From Pseudobdellovibrio sp. (lineage in GTDB: Bacteria > Bdellovibrionota > Bdellovibrionia > Bdellovibrionales > Bdellovibrionaceae), in the NCBI GenBank assembly GCA_023701385.1, contig JAMPXC010000010.1:12502-76501 (forward strand): DNA of 64,000 nt, in the 5' to 3' direction. This document shows, in pieces, positions 35,889-45,900 of the stretch. The position numbers and the translations under genes are program-made. Below the pieces are notes generated by a model. That model ran no database searches. It saw only the letters and a list, made by a program, of their open reading frames with translations, and had not been told where the DNA came from. Numbering within the stretch: position 1 is the first letter of the stretch; each line of letters begins with the position of its first letter.

Positions 35889-36081
35889 GGAGCAAGATAT
35901 AAAGCACTTCAATACTTTAAGTAGGTCTCCTATCCAATGGTCTGGACACTACCCAAAAGTTAAAATAACTGTTAAAAAGTTAGTCGATTTTCTTTGATTT
36001 CGTTGTGCAAGTTTTCTTTTGACTCATTGCTTTCCAAAAAGTAACGGCCTACCGAAAAAAATGTGATTTTTCACTCTCAAA

Positions 36082-38625
36082 ATGACGATAAATACCTCAG
36101 TCATGACGAAGCTTTTTTGGGCCTTTTTGAAGCGCCATTTTTATTTAATCGGACTTTGCAACTTTGCCTTTTTTATGGTGCTGGCATTAGGTTATCAATC
36201 GGGCCTAAACCAAAGTTTAAGTTCACTTTTTATCACTCAAGAAGTTTTAACGACTGACGAACAATTTCTTTTTGAAAAAGTAAATGCGTGGCAGGAAAAT
36301 GTCGTTGAACTTAAAGCCTACGTTGAAAGTTCGCAATACACCGCTGATCCAAAAATGGAGCGTTCGAAAAAGTTCAATGATTTTTCAACACGCAATAATT
36401 CCTTAATGGTGCAAGCTTTAGCGTCTCCCCTTTCAAAACAAAAGGCCTCTATTTACAACACGCTAGCCAAAAGATCATTAAACTACGCTGACTACTTTGA
36501 AGCTGTTAAAAGCTTTATCGCGTCGGGAGCCACGATCAACGTTAAACTTTCAACCGAGCCGATGGATCTATTTAAGAAAAACGTCGGTGAATTTAAATTT
36601 AATCCACAGTCGCTTTTCTTAGTGATCAGTTTAATGTCTCTGACTTTAGCGGTTATGCATCTACTGGTTTTATACCGCATCACGAGAAAACAAAATATTG
36701 GTCTTGTTTCGCAAGTTGATACTTTCAAAAAAGTGATCAGCAATATGTCTGAAGGTGTAATTGTGACTGATAAGTACGGCTTTTTCACATTCAGCAATGA
36801 ATCTGCTAAAAACATTATCGGTCCTGTAGTAAATGACATTTTTTATTCGAGCTCAATTGATGTGATGGGTTTTCAATCCCCTGACGGACGTAAGCTTTCT
36901 AAAGAAGAACTTCCGATGTACACAGCCCTTAAAAAAGGCTTAGTGAACGATCAGGAATATATCGTGAAAAACCAACTTCACCCCGATGGTATTTTCGTTT
37001 CAGCTTCAAACGGTTTTTTCGTGAACGACAAAGGTTTAACATCAGGCTCTGTGGTGGTTCTAAAAAATATCACCGCTAAAAAACAATTAGAGCAATTCTG
37101 GAAGTCAGAAAAAGAACGCGCTTTAGAAAATTCAAAACTAAAATCAGATTTCTTAGCATCGATGTCTCATGAAATCAGAACACCGATGAATGCGGTCTTG
37201 GGTTTAACCACTTTACTTAAAGACACTAAACTGAACGAAGATCAAAAAGATTATGTCGTAACTATCCAACGTTCAGCAAAATCACTTTTAACATTAATTA
37301 ACGATATTCTGGATCATTCAAAAATCGAAGCTGGTAAACTTGAAATTACCAATGCGCCTTTTAGTTTAAAAGCCTTAGCTAACGATGTGGCCGATAACTT
37401 TAAGCCCATGGTGATGGAAAAAGGCCTTGAGCTTAAATTGGATTTTTCAGAACTTAAAAACGAACATTTTAATTCGGATTCAAACCGTATTCGCCAAGTG
37501 ATGATTAACTTAATCGGTAATGCGATGAAGTTTACCAAAGTGGGCTTTGTCGAATTAAAATTCGTGACTGAAGGTCCAAATACAAAAATTATCGTGAAAG
37601 ATACCGGAAGCGGTATGACTCCAGTTGAAGTCAGCCACCTTTTCCAAAAATACTTTCAAACGAAAAACGGACAGACTGTGGGCGGTACAGGTTTAGGCTT
37701 AAGTATCTGTAAACAGTTAGTTGACCTTTTAAAAGGTGAAATTGGCGTAGCGAGTGAATTAGGTAAAGGCACCCAATTCTGGTTTAGCTTACCACTTGAA
37801 GTGTGCGCGCCAACTGTTGGTAGTGAACAAACTGAACACGATGAAGAGAGTATTTTATTCAGTCATCAGTTCCAGGGTTTAATCCTGATTGCTGAAGATA
37901 GTACGGTAAATCAAAAAGTTATTACGAACTATTTATCTAAATTAGGCTTTCAGACTGTAGTCGCTAATAACGGTGAAGAAGCCGTTCAACTTTATCAAAC
38001 TCACCACCCCGATTTAATTTTAATGGATTCTAACATGCCGGTGATGAGTGGCTTAGAGGCGACTAAGAAAATTATCGCGCTTCAACAAGACCAACAAATG
38101 AAAAAAACACCGATCGTTGGCCTTTCTGCCGACGTCAGACAAACTAACTTTGATGATAACAGTAAAGCTGGTATGACCGCGTTTTTAACTAAGCCGATTG
38201 AGTTAAATAAACTTGTGGCCTTATTAAAACAGTATTTTACAGCCACAATGGCATCCCCTAGCCAAATTGAAAAAATCAAACATCTTATGGTGGGCGATCA
38301 GTTATTAATTGAAATCTTACTTAAAGATTTTACGACCCAAGCTCCCACTAAACTTTCAAAATTACCTGAATTATTACAAGCGCAGAACTTTACCGAGCTT
38401 TACCAAACAGCGCACAGCTTAAAATCAGCATCAGCGGAATTAGATGCGCATGAACTTCACCAGATTTTAGCTAAAATTGAATCTTTAGCTGATGAAAATA
38501 ACCCAGCCCACACTGACACTTTAAAACAAGAAATCAGTAAAGCGCAGTTATGTTATTCATTAGCGATTGCCGGTATCGAGGAGCGCATTTACGACATTAA
38601 ACAAAGTCAAAGGAAGGCGTCATGA
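36082..38625 (+). CDS. Hybrid (unorthodox) sensor histidine kinase: TM, PAS, HisKA, HATPase, REC, HPt
   Basis: [15 protein letters not shown]-box, [36 protein letters not shown], HPt AHSLKSAS. Confidence 0.93.
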   Translation: MTINTSVMTKLFWAFLKRHFYLIGLCNFAFFMVLALGYQSGLNQSLSSLFITQEVLTTDEQFLFEKVNAWQENVVELKAYVESSQYTADPKMERSKKFNDFSTRNNSLMVQALASPLSKQKASIYNTLAKRSLNYADYFEAVKSFIASGATINVKLSTEPMDLFKKNVGEFKFNPQSLFLVISLMSLTLAVMHLLVLYRITRKQNIGLVSQVDTFKKVISNMSEGVIVTDKYGFFTFSNESAKNIIGPVVNDIFYSSSIDVMGFQSPDGRKLSKEELPMYTALKKGLVNDQEYIVKNQLHPDGIFVSASNGFFVNDKGLTSGSVVVLKNITAKKQLEQFWKSEKERALENSKLKSDFLASMSHEIRTPMNAVLGLTTLLKDTKLNEDQKDYVVTIQRSAKSLLTLINDILDHSKIEAGKLEITNAPFSLKALANDVADNFKPMVMEKGLELKLDFSELKNEHFNSDSNRIRQVMINLIGNAMKFTKVGFVELKFVTEGPNTKIIVKDTGSGMTPVEVSHLFQKYFQTKNGQTVGGTGLGLSICKQLVDLLKGEIGVASELGKGTQFWFSLPLEVCAPTVGSEQTEHDEESILFSHQFQGLILIAEDSTVNQKVITNYLSKLGFQTVVANNGEEAVQLYQTHHPDLILMDSNMPVMSGLEATKKIIALQQDQQMKKTPIVGLSADVRQTNFDDNSKAGMTAFLTKPIELNKLVALLKQYFTATMASPSQIEKIKHLMVGDQLLIEILLKDFTTQAPTKLSKLPELLQAQNFTELYQTAHSLKSASAELDAHELHQILAKIESLADENNPAHTDTLKQEISKAQLCYSLAIAGIEERIYDIKQSQRKAS

Positions 38626-39314
38626 AGACCGTACTGATTGTGGATGATCAAACAAGTGTGCTTTTAACTTTAGAAGCGATTTTAAAAAAAGAAAACTTTA
38701 TCGTCGTGTCTTGCACTAACTCGCTCGATGCCTTTGAACATATCCAACGTGAAAAATTTGATGTGGTGATTACCGATGCGGTAATGCCCATGGGAACAAG
38801 TGGTTTTAGCTTAATTTCAACGATTCGTTCACAGCCTAGCAACAATCAAAAAGTTCCTATTTTAATGTTAACTGGTAAACGTGATCCTGCTGACGTTGAA
38901 AAAGCGATTTCAGTGGGAGCTAACGATTACATGATTAAACCGATTGATCCCGATGTGCTTTTAACAAAGCTTAATAAACTTTTAGTAAACAAAAGTAATC
39001 AAGAAGACTTTGTGCACGCCATCGTGAATAAGCCAGCTTCAATTCCGATGAAGTTAACTCTGATCTCAAGTTCAGAAGTCAGCGCCAAATTTTCTTCAGA
39101 TGTAGGACTAATCCCCGGTCAGATTTATAAGATTACGAGTGATTTTTTTAATATCTTTGAAAGAACAACGGTTTCAATTCGCGTAAACACGTCAGATTTA
39201 AAAACCGATCACTATGAAATTTCGGCAAACTATGTGGGCTTATCTGAAAAAGAGTTATCACATATCAGAACCTGGGTTCGTAATAAACTGATTCAAGATA
39301 AACCCACTGAATAA
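38622..39314 (+). CDS. Response regulator with a possible degenerate PilZ-like C-terminal domain
   Basis: REC motifs (VDD, ITDAVMP, LTG, KP); ATGA overlap with the kinase; C-terminal beta region plus helix (ISANYVGLSEKELSHIRTWV). Confidence 0.8.
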   Translation: MKTVLIVDDQTSVLLTLEAILKKENFIVVSCTNSLDAFEHIQREKFDVVITDAVMPMGTSGFSLISTIRSQPSNNQKVPILMLTGKRDPADVEKAISVGANDYMIKPIDPDVLLTKLNKLLVNKSNQEDFVHAIVNKPASIPMKLTLISSSEVSAKFSSDVGLIPGQIYKITSDFFNIFERTTVSIRVNTSDLKTDHYEISANYVGLSEKELSHIRTWVRNKLIQDKPTE

Positions 39315-39315
39315 T

Positions 39316-40299
39316 CTAGTGAGTCACTGACGCCTGACCGCCCATTTTCATAGAGTTCATTTTCTTTTTGAAATTAGAAGCTAACTGGTCAACCTCACGG
39401 CGGAATTGTTTTTCATCGGGAGCTACACCATTTAAAACGGTACTCCAATTACGAACCATCGCTGCCATAATAACGGCCTCTTTGATTTCATCGCTGCTTG
39501 CACCGTCAAATTTTGCAAACTCAGTATCAAAGTGCGTGCAGTATTCACAAGGAACTTGGGCAGATACGGCCAGACTTACTAAATCCTTCACCTTCACCGG
39601 AAGTGCCGTGTTCGGATTATTAAAAAAGTCACGTAACTCTTTCCACGCTCCCACAACAGAAGGTTTATGATACTCGGTCAAAAAAACCGGCGTTAAACCA
39701 AAAAGATTCTGCGAATCTTTTAAAACAGCGTCTGCTGTCATCATTTCGGCGGCAGGCATAGCCATCGGTGCCGGTGTATTTTTTTGTGCCATGGCCTTAG
39801 CGTTAGATATCATCTGATTGACATCTTTTTTTAATGTATCAAGACTGATCTGATTGCCATAAAGAACTGTACTCCATTTACGAGTACTGGCCGCAACTGC
39901 AATGGCTTCATTGATTTCACGTTCAGAAGCTCCTTGTGTCATCGCCATTTTTTTATGAAAGTACACACAGTATTTACACGGAATCTGCGCTGAAACAGCT
40001 AAACCGATTAGCTCTTTGTATTTTCCAGAAATGGCTGAATTAGGATTCATCTGCACACTTTTCATTTCTTCCCACGCACCAGGAAGCGCTTCTTGCGGGT
40101 AATGTTTAAACATCGTCGGCACCATACCTAACGATGATTTAATGTCATCCATCGTTGCTGTGTAAGCCACTGAAGGTTTCATCATTTCTTTTTTGGTTTT
40201 TTCTTCAGTCGCTGCTGCGGTCGTTCTTTCTACTTGCGCAAAGGCCGTACACGATAAAAAAGTAGTTAAAATAAGGATAAGTTGGGACTTGGTTTTCAT
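39316..40299 (-). CDS. Secreted tandem carboxymuconolactone decarboxylase / AhpD-like protein
   Basis: Two internal repeats with ELIGLAVSAQIPCKYCVYFH and DLVSLAVSAQVPCEYCTHFD; signal peptide from ATG 40299 (AAGGAG SD). Confidence 0.85.
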   Translation of the reverse strand: MKTKSQLILILTTFLSCTAFAQVERTTAAATEEKTKKEMMKPSVAYTATMDDIKSSLGMVPTMFKHYPQEALPGAWEEMKSVQMNPNSAISGKYKELIGLAVSAQIPCKYCVYFHKKMAMTQGASEREINEAIAVAASTRKWSTVLYGNQISLDTLKKDVNQMISNAKAMAQKNTPAPMAMPAAEMMTADAVLKDSQNLFGLTPVFLTEYHKPSVVGAWKELRDFFNNPNTALPVKVKDLVSLAVSAQVPCEYCTHFDTEFAKFDGASSDEIKEAVIMAAMVRNWSTVLNGVAPDEKQFRREVDQLASNFKKKMNSMKMGGQASVTH

Positions 40300-40501
40300 T
40301 AAAATCTCCTTGGTGATTTTTGGGTTTGATGGCCCCTGATTTTGCAAATACTCAGCCACGACCCTGCTTTGATTTTGATGTGGCAAATTGGTCTAGGTTG
40401 TTTTTTATTTACATACTAACTTGCACACGACCACAGTCTAAAAAATCACTAAGTCAGTCAATTCAGCCTCATGTAATTTTATAAATATCCGATTATTTAG
40501 T

Positions 40502-41128
40502 ATGAAAAAAATCATCTTAGTTTTTGCAATGTTACTAACTCCGCACGCTATCGCCGCTGATGCAAAATGGTCTTTTGGATTTCATGTAGGTTACAGCCCA
40601 ACTTACTTTTCAATGATGAACATCACGGGCACCCAAGGAACAACTCCTTATACAGATTCATATCTTATGGAGTTTGAAGGTGCTCCAGAAATTGGGATTG
40701 ATATCTTTAAAATGCCAAAAAATGATTGGGGATTTATTTTTGCTGCCGAAGGTGGCAAAGCACGCAAGCTCACTAAATTAACCGATAAAAATAATCAAAC
40801 CTACACGCCACAACCCGGGCAAGAAGTGGCCACTTTTCAAACTGGATTTATCCGCATAGGTGCTGTCTATCGCTGGGATATCGCCTATATTCCGGTGGGC
40901 TTAGCTTACGGCGTAACCGCGATGACGATGCCAAGCTCAGGAACTTTGGAAGTTAAAGGTGGCCCTGGAATGTTTTTTGGAATTGGCTGGAACCTTAACG
41001 ACACGATCGCCATTGAATACATTGGCCGTTCGGCGCTCACGCAGTACACATATAAAAATGGCACGACAACTGAAAACGGCACTGGTGTTATCGGAGCTAA
41101 TCTTCTTAATTTAAAAATTCTGTTCTAA
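40502..41128 (+). CDS. Outer-membrane beta-barrel protein
   Basis: Signal peptide, amphipathic strands, terminal ...LNLKILF. A TCCGATTA sigma28-like box ends 6 nt before the ATG. Confidence 0.7.
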   Translation: MKKIILVFAMLLTPHAIAADAKWSFGFHVGYSPTYFSMMNITGTQGTTPYTDSYLMEFEGAPEIGIDIFKMPKNDWGFIFAAEGGKARKLTKLTDKNNQTYTPQPGQEVATFQTGFIRIGAVYRWDIAYIPVGLAYGVTAMTMPSSGTLEVKGGPGMFFGIGWNLNDTIAIEYIGRSALTQYTYKNGTTTENGTGVIGANLLNLKILF

Positions 41129-41138
41129 GTTTTTCTTA

Positions 41139-41714
41139 CTAATTCGAAAAACAAGTAGCAAATACTTCATCTGGGGGACCATCCGGTGGAGGCATCTTCC
41201 CAGATAGAAAAGCTCTCTGAAGTATTCGCAATTCAGATGCATGAAGATCATCACAGCTTTTTCCAAAGTTGGTATAACACAAAGAACTTAAATCTTTTTC
41301 GTGAAAAACATTCGCAAGCATCGCAAAGTAAATTGAACTTACTACTGGTTCCTCATATTTCATTGATACAGCTTTCGTTAGGTAGGCATTGCTTAAATGC
41401 CAAGACAGCATACTATTTGGGACGTCCGCAAGATTTTTCGCAACAAAATATGACATACCTTTAATGCAAGCTTTTGACGAACTAGCGTTTGGTAAGCAAC
41501 TTAAACAAAGCATCTCCTTTGACACATCATCGCTATTTACTGACGAACTAAACTGTTTGTCAAAACTCAAAAATAGTTGAGTAAGATTCACACCTGGTTT
41601 TACTTCACCTGCAGGAGGTAATTTAGAGTAGTAAAACACCAAAGGAAAGATCGCACCAGCAACAGCTATTAGTAACGCGATCCCACCAGATAAAAAGAAT
41701 CTATTCGTCATCAC
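41139..41714 (-). CDS. Membrane-anchored protein resembling a degenerate GT51 transglycosylase domain
   Basis: N-terminal TM. VAKNL...KY-x8-Y...NFGKSCDDLHASE follows GT51 motif II-V spacing, but no EDxxFxxHxG catalytic motif is present. Confidence 0.45.
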   Translation of the reverse strand: MMTNRFFLSGGIALLIAVAGAIFPLVFYYSKLPPAGEVKPGVNLTQLFLSFDKQFSSSVNSDDVSKEMLCLSCLPNASSSKACIKGMSYFVAKNLADVPNSMLSWHLSNAYLTKAVSMKYEEPVVSSIYFAMLANVFHEKDLSSLCYTNFGKSCDDLHASELRILQRAFLSGKMPPPDGPPDEVFATCFSN

Positions 41715-41777
41715 AAGTCTTTACCTTCCGCCTAATCCTCAAAGTTAGAACTTCGCGCATTTGCGCCACAGTTGAAT

Positions 41778-42179
41778 TCACGAAACTACATTCTTACGAC
41801 TGAAATCATACTTTTTATAAAAAAATACACAGAAGAAAAGTAGTACGCAAACGGCAATAAACAACCCAATCAAAGATTTATTAACCACAGCCACGATATA
41901 TAATCCGACAATTAATTTAAACAAAAAAAGTACAAGGCCAATTAAGACAATCGAAATATTTATTATTTTACGATCTTTAATGTTACCTATAGGTAAGAGT
42001 ATACTGCTTGAGATCAAAAATACAAAAAGCGTATCTAGGGCTTTATCCACAATTGTAGACGAACCTTCTACCTCTGAATGTGTTTCTGGCCCAAGAAAAA
42101 AAAAGAGTGAAGCAAGAATAGTAATTACACCAATCAAACTCCATGCTTTACTCTCATTAATTTTAAAAAGTGAATTCAA
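41778..42179 (-). CDS. Small multi-TM hypothetical protein (orphan immunity candidate)
   Basis: TTG start with GAGG SD, four hydrophobic segments, AT-rich, downstream of the RHS gene. Confidence 0.6.
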   Translation of the reverse strand: MNSLFKINESKAWSLIGVITILASLFFFLGPETHSEVEGSSTIVDKALDTLFVFLISSSILLPIGNIKDRKIINISIVLIGLVLFLFKLIVGLYIVAVVNKSLIGLFIAVCVLLFFCVFFYKKYDFSRKNVVS

Positions 42180-42327
42180 TTAAACCTCATCTTTTAGTAA
42201 CCTGACTTACATTCTTTTGGCTCAGAAATCCCGTTTATAAAAATCTAATTATTCGGGATCCAAAATACACTTAAATGCTCTTTTTGAAGAGGACTCCTCT
42301 ATCCAACTAAGTGGCGATGACTTAATT

Positions 42328-42720
42328 TCATAACTGCTTTTGATCAAGATCAATCGGTATAATCGACTTTGGATTCAGAGTATCAACATAGATTAAATAG
42401 CTATGCTTCAATTTATAGTTGAATTCAATATTACAAGACTTACCATACGAAACAACATCTGAATTAGTTTTCTGAACATTGCGAATATATACGATGTCGT
42501 TTTTTTTCTTCTTCCCTTTTTTTGTCTCGATTATTTGAAATTTAAGATCTGCTAGACCATTTTTAGAAACGGCTATATTAACTAATTTTGCAATAATAAC
42601 ATTAGATGCCGCTATCTCAAGTTCACGTTCAGAAAAATTCCATTTAGAATTTGGCCCCATTTTACAAGCAAAAGAAAAGCTGGAATATAACAAAATGCAA
42701 AAGATTACTTTGACGGGCAT
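42328..42720 (-). CDS. Small secreted hypothetical protein (immunity candidate)
   Basis: AAGGA SD; signal peptide ending SFA followed by C; second Cys near the C-terminus. Confidence 0.6.
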   Translation of the reverse strand: MPVKVIFCILLYSSFSFACKMGPNSKWNFSERELEIAASNVIIAKLVNIAVSKNGLADLKFQIIETKKGKKKKNDIVYIRNVQKTNSDVVSYGKSCNIEFNYKLKHSYLIYVDTLNPKSIIPIDLDQKQL

Positions 42721-42746
42721 GATCGTGATCCTTTCAGATTACGTCT

Positions 42747-42983
42747 TTATTTTCTTTGATCCATTTCCAGTTGCTTTCGCGCGCCTTCATTCATTAGATT
42801 TCTTAGCATAACCACCCGAATTATCCCCACAATACAAATTATGATTGATGCCGTTAACATTACTTTATTCGAAGCTGGAGTGCCTTTTTTAAGTTTAATA
42901 CGCAATAACGTTCCCACCAAAGCAAAAGGCCCAACAGCTATCGAAACTAACATTAATATATCCAGTAACTGAATTAAATCCAT
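42747..42983 (-). CDS. Two-TM small protein, cognate immunity candidate for the RHS tip
   Basis: Starts 12 nt after the RHS stop with a GAGGG SD; two hydrophobic helices. Confidence 0.6.
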   Translation of the reverse strand: MDLIQLLDILMLVSIAVGPFALVGTLLRIKLKKGTPASNKVMLTASIIICIVGIIRVVMLRNLMNEGARKQLEMDQRK

Positions 42984-42995
42984 GAAACCCTCTGC

Positions 42996-45900
42996 TTATT
43001 TACATACATTTTTACAGACTTCTGAAGTGAAGCTGAAGCAATTTTTTCCACTTTCACTTCCAAACAGTCCCGTAAGTCCAGGAATGACAGTATATTTGTA
43101 TTTTCCAGAGTTGATTAGATCGCCAAGTGCATCGGCTCTATTTCGTAATAGCGCGTCCTCGCTAGCAGTCAGCGAAAAAGAAGATCTTTTTATCAGGCCT
43201 TCGTAAGAGTTCGTCGTATAAAAAACGCCTTTAGCTGGACTGAATAAACCAAGTCCGTCTTCTCCTGGTCCAAAATCATAAAAAGTTTTTCCCGTTTTAG
43301 AATTAGGATCTGTGATAGCAATTACGGAGTGCATGGTTTTCGGATCAAGAAAAATTTCTGCATCGAGCCCCGTCGGATCCACGTAATTCATCGGATTCCC
43401 GCCAACATAACCATATAAATTCGTATCCCCACCAGCAAATCCAATCGGATCCTTGCTAATCCATCTTCCAACTTCAGGATTGTACCATCTAGCTCCGAAC
43501 TGTACTAAGTTTGTATTAACATCATACAGCCCACCCGCAAATCCAAACGGCTGAAATCCTAGCGAACTAGATTTTTCGATTCTACCAAACTCATCATGAA
43601 CCATAGCTTGAACAACAGCGCCATCAGTTAATCTAATTACTAATCTGACACTTCCTAAGTGGTCGGTAATGATTCGGTATCTTTCGCCATTCATTAAAAT
43701 ATAATCCGGAACATGAAATTTAGTCCCGTAAATAAAGCGCTGTAATACTTTACCATCTGCACTGAGAATCCCTGCCAAACGAATTTGATCTTGATAAATA
43801 TAAGTGTTCTGCAACTTACCGTTAATGCGGTTTTGAATTCTTCGCCCAAAGCCATCAATTTCATAATTGTAATTTGTTGAACCAACTTTTACAGAACTAA
43901 CTTGTCCAAATGAATTGTAGGCAAATGGTGTAACTTGATTAGAAATATTATTTTTTTTCGATTCAAGTTCACCGTTTAAATTATACTGAAAAGAATCGGC
44001 GTTGTAGGCTATAAGACGGTCTTGAGCATCATATGTTGCAGTAATAGCCTGGCCACTTGCAGTTCCAGAAATTCGATTTCCATTAGAATCGTAATTGTAT
44101 TTGCTGACTGTAACACCATTTTTTCTAACTTCGTTTAATCTATTTCGAGCGTCGTAAGAATAATCGTAAGTTGTAGAACTTCCTTTAATACCTTCAACTT
44201 TTTTTACTATTCGGCCCAAATCATCATAACTAAGATCAAGCGAATAAATGACTGAATCCTTGTATTTGGCAACATATGAACTAAGTTCTCCGTAAGAACT
44301 GTATTTATAGCTATCAGTAATCACAGATGTTCCTGAAGCCATTGATGTTCCCAGAATTCGTCCTGAGTCTTTATAATAAGAAAAACCTAGTCTACCTGCG
44401 GACTCTAATTTTCCATCAATGGCATAGACATAAGAAACATGAGGCGATTCACCTGCAGCCCCATTCACATAATCCACTGAGGTGCGACCTTGATTATCAG
44501 AAGTAGCATAATAGTAACCCAGATCACCGGCAGGTGCTCCTAAAACATCGTAGTTTAAAAATCCAGCTTCTTGACGATTTCTTTTAGCTATAAATCCAGA
44601 AGGTGTTACGACTCTGTAGTAACCACTCCCCCGTGGATTGAAGTCGAACAAGTAATTTCCTTGAGAGGTTCTGATACTTTTCAGAATTCCCTTTACAGGG
44701 TCATAATCATAATCGAGTCTCTGACCATTTGGCTTAGTGATCGTCGAAATCTGCTTGTCAGCATTATAAACATACTCTGTTTCTGCTGAAACGCTATTGT
44801 CTAACAATGGCGGTGAATAGCTAGTAAGCAACTCAAGTGCATTGAACACATAGTTATGAGTCGGTTTACCAGCAGGAGTGATACCGAGCAAATTGCCGTT
44901 GTCGTCGTAATTATATTCGATTTTCTTTGCATCTGGTAAAATAACCGAAGTCATTCTTCCTGCATCGTCGTAATAATAGGCGGTGCTTTGTCCTAATACA
45001 TTCGTTACCGAAGATAGTCTTTGCGAATTTTGATCATAGGCATAATCAATAAAACGATTTCCTTTTGAGACGCGAATTAATTTGTCTTTTTCATAGGTAA
45101 AAATGGTGGGTAATTCGTTAGCTATTTGTATTGAGACTGGTCTTTCCCAAGAATCAATTTTTGTAGCAACAGTACTTCGGCGAGGTGATTGCATAACGAA
45201 GGTTCTTGTAGATGCATCAAACTTCGTAATCGTTTTAGAATCTAAACCTCTATCTTCAGTCAAAACGTACGATTTAACTGAAAACGGCTGATTTGGATCA
45301 GCCAAAACCCAATTTTCTGTTCTAGTTATACTTTTAAATAGAGTCGTACCTGAAACAGCACTATACGAAATCATTTTAGCTAAATTTTTAAATCTAGCAT
45401 CTGGTTCATAAGAGGTACTGTGGAGAATATATTTGTCTTCTTCTGAAATATTCTGAGTCGCTACATTTTTAAAAGTATCTGCTTGCACAATATACCGATA
45501 AGTATCATCAGCTCCGAATTCATCTCTCGTATAAATTGGGATATTCTGAGAATTTACTCTATTTTTAGTAGTGACCTGATCCACTCTACCCATCTGAGTT
45601 TTAGAAAACACAACTGTTTGGGCACCACTGACAGTCCTAGATAAAGTTGAGTAATAACCTCCAGAGTGCGAATCAAGAATTAAGTTGCCTAAGTTATCAT
45701 AGGAAAAAGTATTTTCTTGGCCCAAGGTTTTTTTAAACGTTTTTATTAATCCATTAGCATCATAGTAAGTTACTGCATGAACTTGGTTTGCCGGACTTAT
45801 AATCGCCGAGATATATTTATTCGCATCAAGTGCAATCTGCGTTACTTGGCCATTCGGAGCGGTAATCGATGTTAAATCGCCTGAACTATTTCTGTTGAAA

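Noticed and set aside
36051-36058. ACCGAAAA as a sigma28 -10 box for the hybrid kinase
   Set aside because: Weak match, no convincing -35, and 23 nt from the start; not distinguishable from chance.
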